Assembly (NCBI GenBank): GCA_963663225.1
Contig: OY760142.1
Coordinates: 2,208,001-2,272,000 of the forward strand
Source: Nitrospirota bacterium
GTDB taxonomy: Bacteria; Nitrospirota; UBA9217
Direction of reading: 5' to 3'
Length of the DNA: 64,000 nucleotides
The position numbers were made by a program, and so were the translations under genes. This document shows positions 10,303 through 18,864 of this stretch, in pieces; position 1 is the stretch's first letter, and each line of letters starts with the position of its first letter. The notes beneath the pieces were generated by a model, which saw only the letters and a program-made list of their open reading frames with translations, ran no database searches and was not told the origin of the DNA.

Positions 10303-10812
10303 ATGAATACTATTGTCAAGGGAAGAGCTTTCGTATTCGGAGATAATATTTCGACCGATGAAATATATCCCGGTCAGTTTCTTGATCTTACAGATCCGCA
10401 GGACGTAGGTAAGCATGCGATGCAAGGATCTGATCCGAATTTTGTGAGCCAGTTTAAAACCGGAGATGTAATTGTGGCGGCAAGCAATTTCGGTTGCGGA
10501 TCAAGCCGCGAGCACGCTGTCGTGACACTGAAGGCTATCGGTGTCGGGGTAGTTATAGCGGAATCATTCGGGCGCATATTCTATCGAAATGCGATAAACC
10601 TCGGAATACCGTTAATCGTATGTCTTGGGATCAGTCAGGCTGTCAGAAACGGAGACGTGATAAGCGTAGATATAGCAAAAGGGGTTATCAAGAATGAAAC
10701 CACTCATTCTTCTGCCAAGGCTGAACCGCTCTCGGCCTATGTTATGGAAATATTGTCTCATGACGGAATAAAACCCATGGTCAAAAAACAGATGGAATCT
10801 GCTTCGGAATAA
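10303..10812 (+). CDS. LeuD/HacB/DmdB-family hydratase small subunit
   Basis: FGDNISTDEIYPG, NFGCGSSREHA, ESFGRIFYRNAINLG. Confidence 0.9.
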   Translation: MNTIVKGRAFVFGDNISTDEIYPGQFLDLTDPQDVGKHAMQGSDPNFVSQFKTGDVIVAASNFGCGSSREHAVVTLKAIGVGVVIAESFGRIFYRNAINLGIPLIVCLGISQAVRNGDVISVDIAKGVIKNETTHSSAKAEPLSAYVMEILSHDGIKPMVKKQMESASE

Positions 10813-10858
10813 AACCTTCGAGAATGAGGCTTCATAAACCAATAAAAAGGGGGAGTTC

Positions 10859-12193
10859 ATGGGGAATGGCGAGATTATTCTTAACAAAGCAAAATCCGGG
10901 TTCTTTCTGAAAATCACGGATTACAAGATCGGATTGATACCGATACCGCTGTTCATAATACTGGCTGTGATTGCAATTACTGCAGCGTATACGAAGAAAC
11001 TGCCGAGCGATCTGGTCGGCGGCTTTGCTATTACGCTGGTAATAGGAGGATTATTGTGGGATATCGGAACACGTGTTCCGATATTGCGAAACATCGGCGG
11101 CCCTGCAATCATGTGCGTTTTTGTACCCTCGGCCCTGGTCGGATACAACTTGCTGAATGATGATGTTGTAAGAGCTACGACGACGCTTATAAAAGGCACA
11201 AACTTCCTGTATCTCTATATTGCAATAGTTGTCGTAGGCAGCATACTTGGTATGAATAGGAAGGTCCTGATCCAGGGATTTTCAAGAATGTTCATACCGC
11301 TCCTGGTTGGGACAATTGCGGCTATAACAGTAGGTTGTCTCGTTGGACTGGTTTTCGGTTATGAATTGAAAAAAACATTTTTCTTTATTGTCATTCCGAT
11401 TATTGGAGGAGGTGTCGGTGAAGGCGTTCTTCCCTTGTCGATAGCGTATTCCGAGCTTCTCGGAAAGCCTCAAGCAGAGTTTATCTCTCAGTTGATCCCA
11501 GCTGCCATGCTTGGCAATGTATGTGCAGTGGTCGGTGCCGGATTGCTGAAGTGGATCGGTGAGAAAAAACCTGAGTATAATGGCAAGGGAATCCTCGTAA
11601 AGACCGGTGCAGATAGCGAATTGCTGGCTGAAGAGAAAAAAATGTCGGAAAAACCGGTTGAATTCGCACTTATGGGGGTCGGTATTCTGATCGCATGTGT
11701 TTTTTTTATTTTTGGAGGACTTACGACGAAACTGTTTTTCGGAATTCCCGGACCGATTATCATGATTCTTGTTGCGGCACTTGTAAAAATCCTTGATATT
11801 ATGCCTCCAAGAATGGAACAGGGCGCATATCATGTATACAAATTTTTTACCTCAAGTTTTACTTTTATAATACTTGCAGGGCTCGGAGTAATTTATGTAT
11901 CGTGGAACGACCTGCTAAAAGCGCTTACTCCAGGGTATTTATTGATATGTCTGTCGACAGTGACGGCTATGATGACTTCAGGCTGGTTTGTCGGTAAAAT
12001 CATGAAGATGTATCCTGTCGAGTCATCGATAGTCACAGGATGTCATAGCGGACTGGGAGGCACTGGTGATGTTGCAATACTTTCTGCGGCTGACAGAATG
12101 GGCCTTATGCCATTTGCGCAGATATCAACACGCATAGGGGGTGCCTGCATGGTTGTTCTTGCGGTGTTCCTCATGAAGATATTAGGCGGTTGA
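10859..12193 (+). CDS. 2-hydroxycarboxylate transporter (CitS/CimH/MleP family)
   Basis: PIIGGGVGEGVLPLS, GLGGTGDVAILSAADRMGLMPFAQISTRIGGA. Confidence 0.92.
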   Translation: MGNGEIILNKAKSGFFLKITDYKIGLIPIPLFIILAVIAITAAYTKKLPSDLVGGFAITLVIGGLLWDIGTRVPILRNIGGPAIMCVFVPSALVGYNLLNDDVVRATTTLIKGTNFLYLYIAIVVVGSILGMNRKVLIQGFSRMFIPLLVGTIAAITVGCLVGLVFGYELKKTFFFIVIPIIGGGVGEGVLPLSIAYSELLGKPQAEFISQLIPAAMLGNVCAVVGAGLLKWIGEKKPEYNGKGILVKTGADSELLAEEKKMSEKPVEFALMGVGILIACVFFIFGGLTTKLFFGIPGPIIMILVAALVKILDIMPPRMEQGAYHVYKFFTSSFTFIILAGLGVIYVSWNDLLKALTPGYLLICLSTVTAMMTSGWFVGKIMKMYPVESSIVTGCHSGLGGTGDVAILSAADRMGLMPFAQISTRIGGACMVVLAVFLMKILGG

Positions 12194-12210
12194 TGCCTCC
12201 CCAGTTCCTG

Positions 12211-12250
12211 GACGCACTTGAAATCTTTTACGGTTTCAGGTGCGTCTTTC
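12211..12250 (+). terminator. Stem-loop, probable intrinsic terminator between convergent genes
   Basis: GACGCACTTGAAATC-TTTTAC-GGTTTCAGGTGCGTC followed by TTTC. Confidence 0.6.
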
Positions 12251-12361
12251 ACTATAAGATTCTGCATCCACATTATTTATAAGCAGCCGCTTTGTATGCT
12301 GAATCAGATCCGTACCCAAAAAATCACGACGCCAGAAATCACAACCTAAGCGCCGTGGAAC

Positions 12362-13714
12362 TCACTGCTTGCTGTCGGCATTATTGTTCGCCTTCATCCC
12401 TTCCTCGAGCGTCTTGAGAAATATTGCGCGGGCTGGTTCGCTGTTCAGGATTCCCATATGGGTTTCATTGAAACCGACCACCCGCGTAGCGCTGGTCTGG
12501 AACCCCAACTCAAGCTGAGAACGAATGCTGACAGCGCCGTCGCTGTTTTCAGGTTGTTTGACGGTTGACGGGGTCTTGTACGAGAAAAAAAGATAGAAGG
12601 GCAGTTGGCCGGGAAGCGGCTTGCCGGTTAATGCCTGAACGAAATCGCTCTGGGACCGGACATCGAGCCACACCGGTATTTTGGCCGGCGCCTTTCCAGC
12701 CCATTCCTGCGCGATATCGCTGCCGCCGTACGGGGTGGAAAAAGAGCAGAACATTTTGAGGTACGAAGGAACGCCGTTTTGGGCAAGCTTGTTGATTGCG
12801 GACACTGCGACAAGCCCTCCCATACTGTGGGCCACCAGTATGATCTTCCGCGGGTGTCTGATGGAATTGTTGCTTCCGATATAATTCAATGTTTCTGCGA
12901 GCAGAGTGCCCAGCTTGTCAAGCTGGAGGCCGGAGGGATAGTAGAAGAAAAAAGGTTGATACCGGCTGCGATCAAGTCCCGCTGCTAAAAATTTCCAGTC
13001 CCGCGGCGTACCGGCCACGCCGTGGACAAACAGAACAGTAGTTTTGCGCGGATCATACTCTTCAAGTCCGAAAACAAATCCCTGGATATGGTAAATCAAT
13101 TCCGTTGGATAATAGAGGCCTGTTTTGCCGTGACTAGGGTCGAAGAAATCATCATCCAGCGATGTATACACGTAGCTTGACGGCTTGACCATCTCCCGTA
13201 CATGAAAACCTGCCCGGCCCGGATGTTCCATGTCCAGCGTGATTGAAGGCCCTTCGAGCACTGCCCCGGAGATGGATTGCGCAGGATCAACATGAACGGA
13301 GGCCCTGCCCACAACCTCCTCCGTCTCGAAATCCAGGCTCTTGTTCAAATCCGCAAGAATATAAAGATCATAGTTCCCCTTGGGAAGAAAAACCATGTAG
13401 AGCTCGTTCGATTGCTGAATTTGTATTGCAGCAACAATTTCGTTTTTCCGGTATTGATTGCTGACGGCAAGAAGCAGCAGCGGTTCTTGACGGTTACGGG
13501 GTTTGATGATCTGTCCAGCCACAACCAGCGAATCTTCTGGCGCAAGATTGTTCAGGGTAGACATACTCGGCATTCCTTTGAAGGTGATTCCCCAATGAGC
13601 TTTTCTCGCGGCAAAGTTCATATAGCTGCAACCGGAGAGGAAACAGATGCCGACAACCAGAGCAGCAGATATCAGAAAACGAATAAAGATCAGTCGGGAG
13701 TGTTTGGTATTCAT
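12362..13714 (-). CDS. Alpha/beta-hydrolase lipoprotein
   Basis: Lipobox LSGC; LFVHGVAG, AHSMGG nucleophile elbow, SDGAVS, THMGIL; ATG 13714 preferred over TTG 13759. Confidence 0.8.
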   Translation of the reverse strand: MNTKHSRLIFIRFLISAALVVGICFLSGCSYMNFAARKAHWGITFKGMPSMSTLNNLAPEDSLVVAGQIIKPRNRQEPLLLLAVSNQYRKNEIVAAIQIQQSNELYMVFLPKGNYDLYILADLNKSLDFETEEVVGRASVHVDPAQSISGAVLEGPSITLDMEHPGRAGFHVREMVKPSSYVYTSLDDDFFDPSHGKTGLYYPTELIYHIQGFVFGLEEYDPRKTTVLFVHGVAGTPRDWKFLAAGLDRSRYQPFFFYYPSGLQLDKLGTLLAETLNYIGSNNSIRHPRKIILVAHSMGGLVAVSAINKLAQNGVPSYLKMFCSFSTPYGGSDIAQEWAGKAPAKIPVWLDVRSQSDFVQALTGKPLPGQLPFYLFFSYKTPSTVKQPENSDGAVSIRSQLELGFQTSATRVVGFNETHMGILNSEPARAIFLKTLEEGMKANNNADSKQ

Positions 13715-14081
13715 TAGGCGGCAACCTCCGATAAACAGGTTGAAGAAAGCCGAAAACAAATGATTCTCTTCATGAGCAGATTAACGCATGATTTACGCTA
13801 TATGATGCGCTAACAAAATACTATATGATCAAGTAAGTCCTCTCGTCAAGGTCATTTTCAGGTAAAAAAATATCAGATGTTAATAATCTTTAATGGCAAA
13901 AGAATGCCGTAGCCTGTTTGAATGTTACAAAATGCATTAATTTGTACATACTTAAATTCGTTTTTGTATAGGTTTTGCTTGCAAATATTTTTTTGAAATG
14001 CTAAAATTTAATGGTTTTTGGTCATGCCACCATAATTTAGAATACAGATTCTGTAAATCCGAAATTTAAGGAGGGGAGTCA

Positions 14082-14942
14082 TTGAACAATAGATCTCTGA
14101 TATTCCTTTCGATGTTCCTTGCTGTGATAGCTGTTCTATTTAACATGTCAGCAAAGAAACAGCCTGCAGACGACGAGGCAAAAATGTTTGAGTTTATGAA
14201 TCAACCACTTCAGTGGCGGGGAAAACCTGCACCTGACTTTACTATTGATTGCCTGAATAACGAAAAATTCATTTTTTCGGAGCATGTAGGCAAAAAAGTA
14301 GTTATCCTTAATTTTTTTGCAACGTGGTGTAATCCGTGCAAAGAAGAAATGCACGAACTTGTCCGTTTCTATGAAATGCACAGAAAAGACCCGGTAGTTT
14401 TCATCGGTATCAACGCGAATGAATCAGAAAACGCAGTCAGCAGCTTTATTCGTGATTTCTCCATAACATACCCTGTCGCAATTGATAAGAAGAACAGGTT
14501 GCAGAAACTATTTTCAGTCAGGTCCTTTCCTACCACTATATTCATCGGCGCGGACGGCGTTGTCCATATTTATGAAGTTGGACAGATCAAGAATGCCGAC
14601 ATCGCTTTTGACGAACCGCTGAAAACAGGCATGGAAACAATAAAAGCCGGCGCAGGTATTACGAAGGAAGGTTTTTTGGTAAAGTTGGAAGCAGAGAAGA
14701 AAAAAAATGCGACAGAGACCACGCCGAGGGCGAATGAGGAATCAACTGAACCGTCGATCACCGGCCGGGCAAAAACCATAGTTGAAAAAATGCGCTGCCC
14801 CTGCGGATGTTCCCATACCGTCATGGACTGTACCTGTTCGACGGCAAAAGATATCAAAGAGCAACTTAAGAAACGCGACATCTCAAGCATGACAGATGCC
14901 GATCTCATCAAATCCCTTAATCAGGAGTTTTGCATGAAATGA
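14082..14942 (+). CDS. TlpA/ResA-like thiol-disulfide oxidoreductase with C-terminal Cys-rich CcmH-like extension
   Basis: N-terminal anchor; LNFFATWCNPC; FPTT cis-Pro loop; C-terminal RCPCGC..MDCTC. Confidence 0.8.
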   Translation: MNNRSLIFLSMFLAVIAVLFNMSAKKQPADDEAKMFEFMNQPLQWRGKPAPDFTIDCLNNEKFIFSEHVGKKVVILNFFATWCNPCKEEMHELVRFYEMHRKDPVVFIGINANESENAVSSFIRDFSITYPVAIDKKNRLQKLFSVRSFPTTIFIGADGVVHIYEVGQIKNADIAFDEPLKTGMETIKAGAGITKEGFLVKLEAEKKKNATETTPRANEESTEPSITGRAKTIVEKMRCPCGCSHTVMDCTCSTAKDIKEQLKKRDISSMTDADLIKSLNQEFCMK

Positions 14943-15841
14943 TACTACATGCCGAAAACGTTTTGGTGAATTTTAACAGGGGTGCTTTCAGAAAAAAAAT
15001 AAAAGCCCTGGACGACTTCTCCCTTTCCGTCCAAGAAGGAGATATCTTTGCCCTTCTCGGGCCCAACGGTGCGGGCAAATCAACAGCCATGTATTGTTTC
15101 CTCGGCCTTATCCGCCCGAACAATGGTGTCATATCGGTCCTTGGTAGACAACCTGAGCTCGGTTCCGACCTGTTTGGTAGGATAGCATACCTGCCGGAAG
15201 AGCCTCACTATCATCTCTACCTTACCGTAGAAGAAGCAGTTACGTATTATGTGCGGCTTTATGGAAATGGTCTGGACAGCAGGCGTGTGCGCATGGTGCT
15301 TGAACGCGTCGGCATGGCCGAGTTTCGAGATCTGAGGCTTTCGAAGTGCTCCAAAGGTATGAAACAGAAGGTCGGCATCGCTCAATGCCTTCTCAACGAA
15401 CCAGAACTTATTTTCCTTGATGAACCGACGCGGGGACTGGATCCCATCGCGGTCAAGGAGTTGAGGGCCATCCTTAGTGAAATGAATAAAAAAGGAACAA
15501 CGATTGTCTTTAATTCACATGTGCTTTCCGAAATTGAAATGATCTGCAACAGGGCGGCCATCATGAATCAGGGAAAAGTCATAGCACAGGACGAGATGAA
15601 CCGTTTGCGTGGCATGGGCCTCGAGACCTATCAAGTCGAATTTGATCAACTGGATCCCGTTCCGGACTATGTAAATATTATAGTCAAGTCTCCTACTACT
15701 ATTAAAGGTGAGATTCCGGCAGAAAGATTGAAAGACTTTGTACAGCTGGTGGATGGTTCAGGACACAAGCTGTATGAATGTTCGCTTAAAAAGATGTCGC
15801 TTGAGTATTCCTTTTTCAATATTTTAAAAGGAGGCGCTTGA
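14939..15841 (+). CDS. ABC transporter ATP-binding protein
   Basis: GPNGAGKST, CSKGMKQK, FLDEPT; ATG overlaps the upstream TGA (ATGA). Confidence 0.9.
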   Translation: MILHAENVLVNFNRGAFRKKIKALDDFSLSVQEGDIFALLGPNGAGKSTAMYCFLGLIRPNNGVISVLGRQPELGSDLFGRIAYLPEEPHYHLYLTVEEAVTYYVRLYGNGLDSRRVRMVLERVGMAEFRDLRLSKCSKGMKQKVGIAQCLLNEPELIFLDEPTRGLDPIAVKELRAILSEMNKKGTTIVFNSHVLSEIEMICNRAAIMNQGKVIAQDEMNRLRGMGLETYQVEFDQLDPVPDYVNIIVKSPTTIKGEIPAERLKDFVQLVDGSGHKLYECSLKKMSLEYSFFNILKGGA

Positions 15842-15842
15842 C

Positions 15843-16655
15843 GTGTATCAACAGCTTTTGGCAAATATGAGTACAAATCTTATTTTTTATCGGCGGAATA
15901 AACTCTTAATAGCCGCGTCGATTTTTGTCACACTTGTCCTTGGACTTACCGCGCTGCCCGCATTGTTCTTCTCATCACAAACACAGCACCTAGAGCAGCT
16001 AAACATGGTGTTCACGCATGTAAACCAGCTGGCGATGTGCATTGCCGCCGGGATCGGCCTGCTGATGGTCTCTCAGCATATTAAAGACCGTTCAATAAAA
16101 ATGGTTTTCACCAAACCCTGCCTTCCAGAAATATGGCTTTTATCAAGCTTCCTTTCTGCAGCGTTCCTTGCATTCCTGCTCTATTGTGGATCGATCCTGA
16201 TCGCGTCTGTTCTTGCTTCCGTCTGGAAGATGCCATTTCCCCTGGGAATTTTTTACATTACCCTCAACGAGTTTTTTCAGACCGTGAGCATCATTGCGTA
16301 TGTTACTTTTCTTTCAGTTATTTTCCATCCAGTTCTTGCTCTTATGTTCCTCTTTGTTTTTCATGAAAGTTTGTTTTACTGGCTCAAGATTCTGATTGCC
16401 AGCGGAATTAAAGCGGCCAGCGCGAATGCTTTCATTCCGTTGTTGAAATTTCTCAAGGTGCTTGTGGATACTATATATATGATTCTTCCCACCTTCAGTC
16501 CTTATGCAGAGAAGACACATCAGGTTTATTCAAGCCTTAGGGGTTCCGACGGAGACTGGAGCATCTTGCTGCTGAATATTAGCTATTCGCTGATTCTTAC
16601 AACGTTGTTTTACTTGCTAACAGTCTATGTGCTGAAAAAAAAGCGGTATGTTTAG
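15843..16655 (+). CDS. ABC-2 type permease
   Basis: About 6 TM segments, IKMVFTKP loop, adjacent to the ATPase. Confidence 0.75.
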   Translation: MYQQLLANMSTNLIFYRRNKLLIAASIFVTLVLGLTALPALFFSSQTQHLEQLNMVFTHVNQLAMCIAAGIGLLMVSQHIKDRSIKMVFTKPCLPEIWLLSSFLSAAFLAFLLYCGSILIASVLASVWKMPFPLGIFYITLNEFFQTVSIIAYVTFLSVIFHPVLALMFLFVFHESLFYWLKILIASGIKAASANAFIPLLKFLKVLVDTIYMILPTFSPYAEKTHQVYSSLRGSDGDWSILLLNISYSLILTTLFYLLTVYVLKKKRYV

Positions 16656-16810
16656 GAATATAGAAATTATTTGCTGTGAACACGTGTGTAAAGACAAAGT
16701 TCCTGAATATACTGATCTGCAATAAAACTAAAATTAGCAGCTTTGCTGTGAAGAGAGAACGTGCTGCAATTTGCACAAACAGGGAAACAATTTGATTGGA
16801 GAAAATGGAT

Positions 16811-18688
16811 ATGAAAACAATTATTGCAACAGTGTTGGCGGCAGTTCTCATTTCAACGAGTGCTCAGGCAGAAAGCGGCAAGGTTGTCCCTTACGCCGGC
16901 AATTATAAATATGAAAGATATCATGGCAATTATGACGTCAACGCCGATGGAACCCATACCGAAACACATGACATCATTATTGGCATACTTACAGAAGAGG
17001 GCGTAAAATCATCCAACCAGGCAAATATCAGCTACAGCGAGAGTCTGGAGGAGGCTGTCCTGCTTTCTGCTTATACGCTTAAAAAAGACGGTCGCCGTAT
17101 TGACGTCCCACCGGCAAATATTAAGGAACGTGAGGCTTATGCCGGAGGTGGTCCGATGTATAGTGATATAAAAACGAAAGTTATCATTTTCCCTGATGTC
17201 GCTGCTGGAGATAAAGTGGGTTACTCATACAAAATTATCCAGAAACAGGCATATTTCCCAGGGCACTTTTCTATAACCCAAACATATTCGAAGTTCATAG
17301 TCTATGATGACGTCCGGGTCAAGGTAACCGCTCCCGTAAATACCCTCAAGCTGCAAGTTTTTTCCGCCGGTGTCCAGGGGGGACGCACAAAAGATGAAAA
17401 TGGCAGAATGCAGTGGGTCTGGACTTATAGAAACAACGAAATCGCAACTCCTGAATATGGGTCAGTTGATCCGATAGATTATGGGCCCCGAGTTATCGTC
17501 TCTTCATTTAAAGATTATGGCGCTGTTGCGGCAGCATATGAAAAACGGGCCAGACCAAAGGCTGTCGTAACGGACAGAATCCGAGTCTTAGCCGAAGCAA
17601 TCACACACGGTATGAAGAGTCAGCGGGAACAGGCAAAAGCGCTTTATACCTGGGTTTCAAAAAATATCAACTATGCAGGGAATTGCATTGGGACCGGTTC
17701 TATTGTGCCGCATGACACTGACATGATTCTTGACAACAAACTGGGTGACTGCAAAGACCATGCGGTGTTATTGCAGGCGCTTCTTGCTGCCAAAGGTATA
17801 GAAAGTACGCAGGTTCTGATAAATGCCGGATCAAGCTTCAAGCTGCCCGAAGTTCCCTCAATGCATGTTCTTAATCATGTTATAAATTATATTCCCAGCC
17901 TTGATCTTTATGCAGACGCCACCTCCAAGCATATTCCTTTCGGATTATTACCCATGCATGAATCTGGAAAACCCGCAGTCCATACGGCCGATTTCACCGG
18001 TATTCACAAGACACCGTCTTCCAACTTCAAAATAAATACGTCAACCATGAAAATGATCATACACATTCACGAGGACGGTTCCGCGGACGGCGAGACAGTC
18101 AACGAGGAAACGGGCATATTATCGAGTGGTATGAAAGCATATATGGCTCACGTGGAGCCGAACATGGAGGATTATATAGTGCGGAGTATTATTGCACGAA
18201 GCGGGTTTACCGGAACCGGCACTCTGATCAAGGGAGATTTTCAGGACTTATCAGACCGATATATCTATGGCGCCAAATACCATATCACGAACATAGCAAA
18301 CATGCCCGGGCCGGGCGGCTTTCTTATTACGCCCATTTTTTCGCATGTTTTACCGCTCACCTATGCCACGGCCATACTTAGTACCCCGAAACAGACTATA
18401 GACAGCATTTGTTTCGGTGGTATTTCCTCCGAGGAATATGTTTTTGTTTTTCCGAAAAACGTCAAAATCCTTACTCTTCCCAAGGATGTGCATTTTGACA
18501 ATGGCGAAGAACGGTATGATTCAACTTATCGACAGGAAGGCAAAAAAATTACAGTCGTTCGCAAACTGGAAGACAGGACCCCGGGACCCGTCTGCACTCC
18601 GCAAGATGTGAACGGATTCCGGCTGTACGCTGAAAAAATTTTCAAGGATCTCCGGTCACAAATTATTTACCAGCCCGCATCGGAATAG
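16811..18688 (+). CDS. Secreted DUF3857 + transglutaminase-like protein
   Basis: Signal peptide ending AQA; FPDVAAGD; GDCKDHA catalytic Cys; NHVI; start could also be 16796 or 16805. Confidence 0.85.
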   Translation: MKTIIATVLAAVLISTSAQAESGKVVPYAGNYKYERYHGNYDVNADGTHTETHDIIIGILTEEGVKSSNQANISYSESLEEAVLLSAYTLKKDGRRIDVPPANIKEREAYAGGGPMYSDIKTKVIIFPDVAAGDKVGYSYKIIQKQAYFPGHFSITQTYSKFIVYDDVRVKVTAPVNTLKLQVFSAGVQGGRTKDENGRMQWVWTYRNNEIATPEYGSVDPIDYGPRVIVSSFKDYGAVAAAYEKRARPKAVVTDRIRVLAEAITHGMKSQREQAKALYTWVSKNINYAGNCIGTGSIVPHDTDMILDNKLGDCKDHAVLLQALLAAKGIESTQVLINAGSSFKLPEVPSMHVLNHVINYIPSLDLYADATSKHIPFGLLPMHESGKPAVHTADFTGIHKTPSSNFKINTSTMKMIIHIHEDGSADGETVNEETGILSSGMKAYMAHVEPNMEDYIVRSIIARSGFTGTGTLIKGDFQDLSDRYIYGAKYHITNIANMPGPGGFLITPIFSHVLPLTYATAILSTPKQTIDSICFGGISSEEYVFVFPKNVKILTLPKDVHFDNGEERYDSTYRQEGKKITVVRKLEDRTPGPVCTPQDVNGFRLYAEKIFKDLRSQIIYQPASE

Positions 18689-18864
18689 CCGATGATACCT
18701 AGCGCGTGTGGAGTACACCGTCGAACAATGTCATTCTAGTTGCCAATTTCGCCTTTAAGCGTTCTTCTCAACTGACACCCTTTGATATCAGTCAGACGGT
18801 TCTATACGATGTTGCAATAAAAACCGATTTCTAGTCTGTTAACTCTCATGGCAGGAGGAGAATC

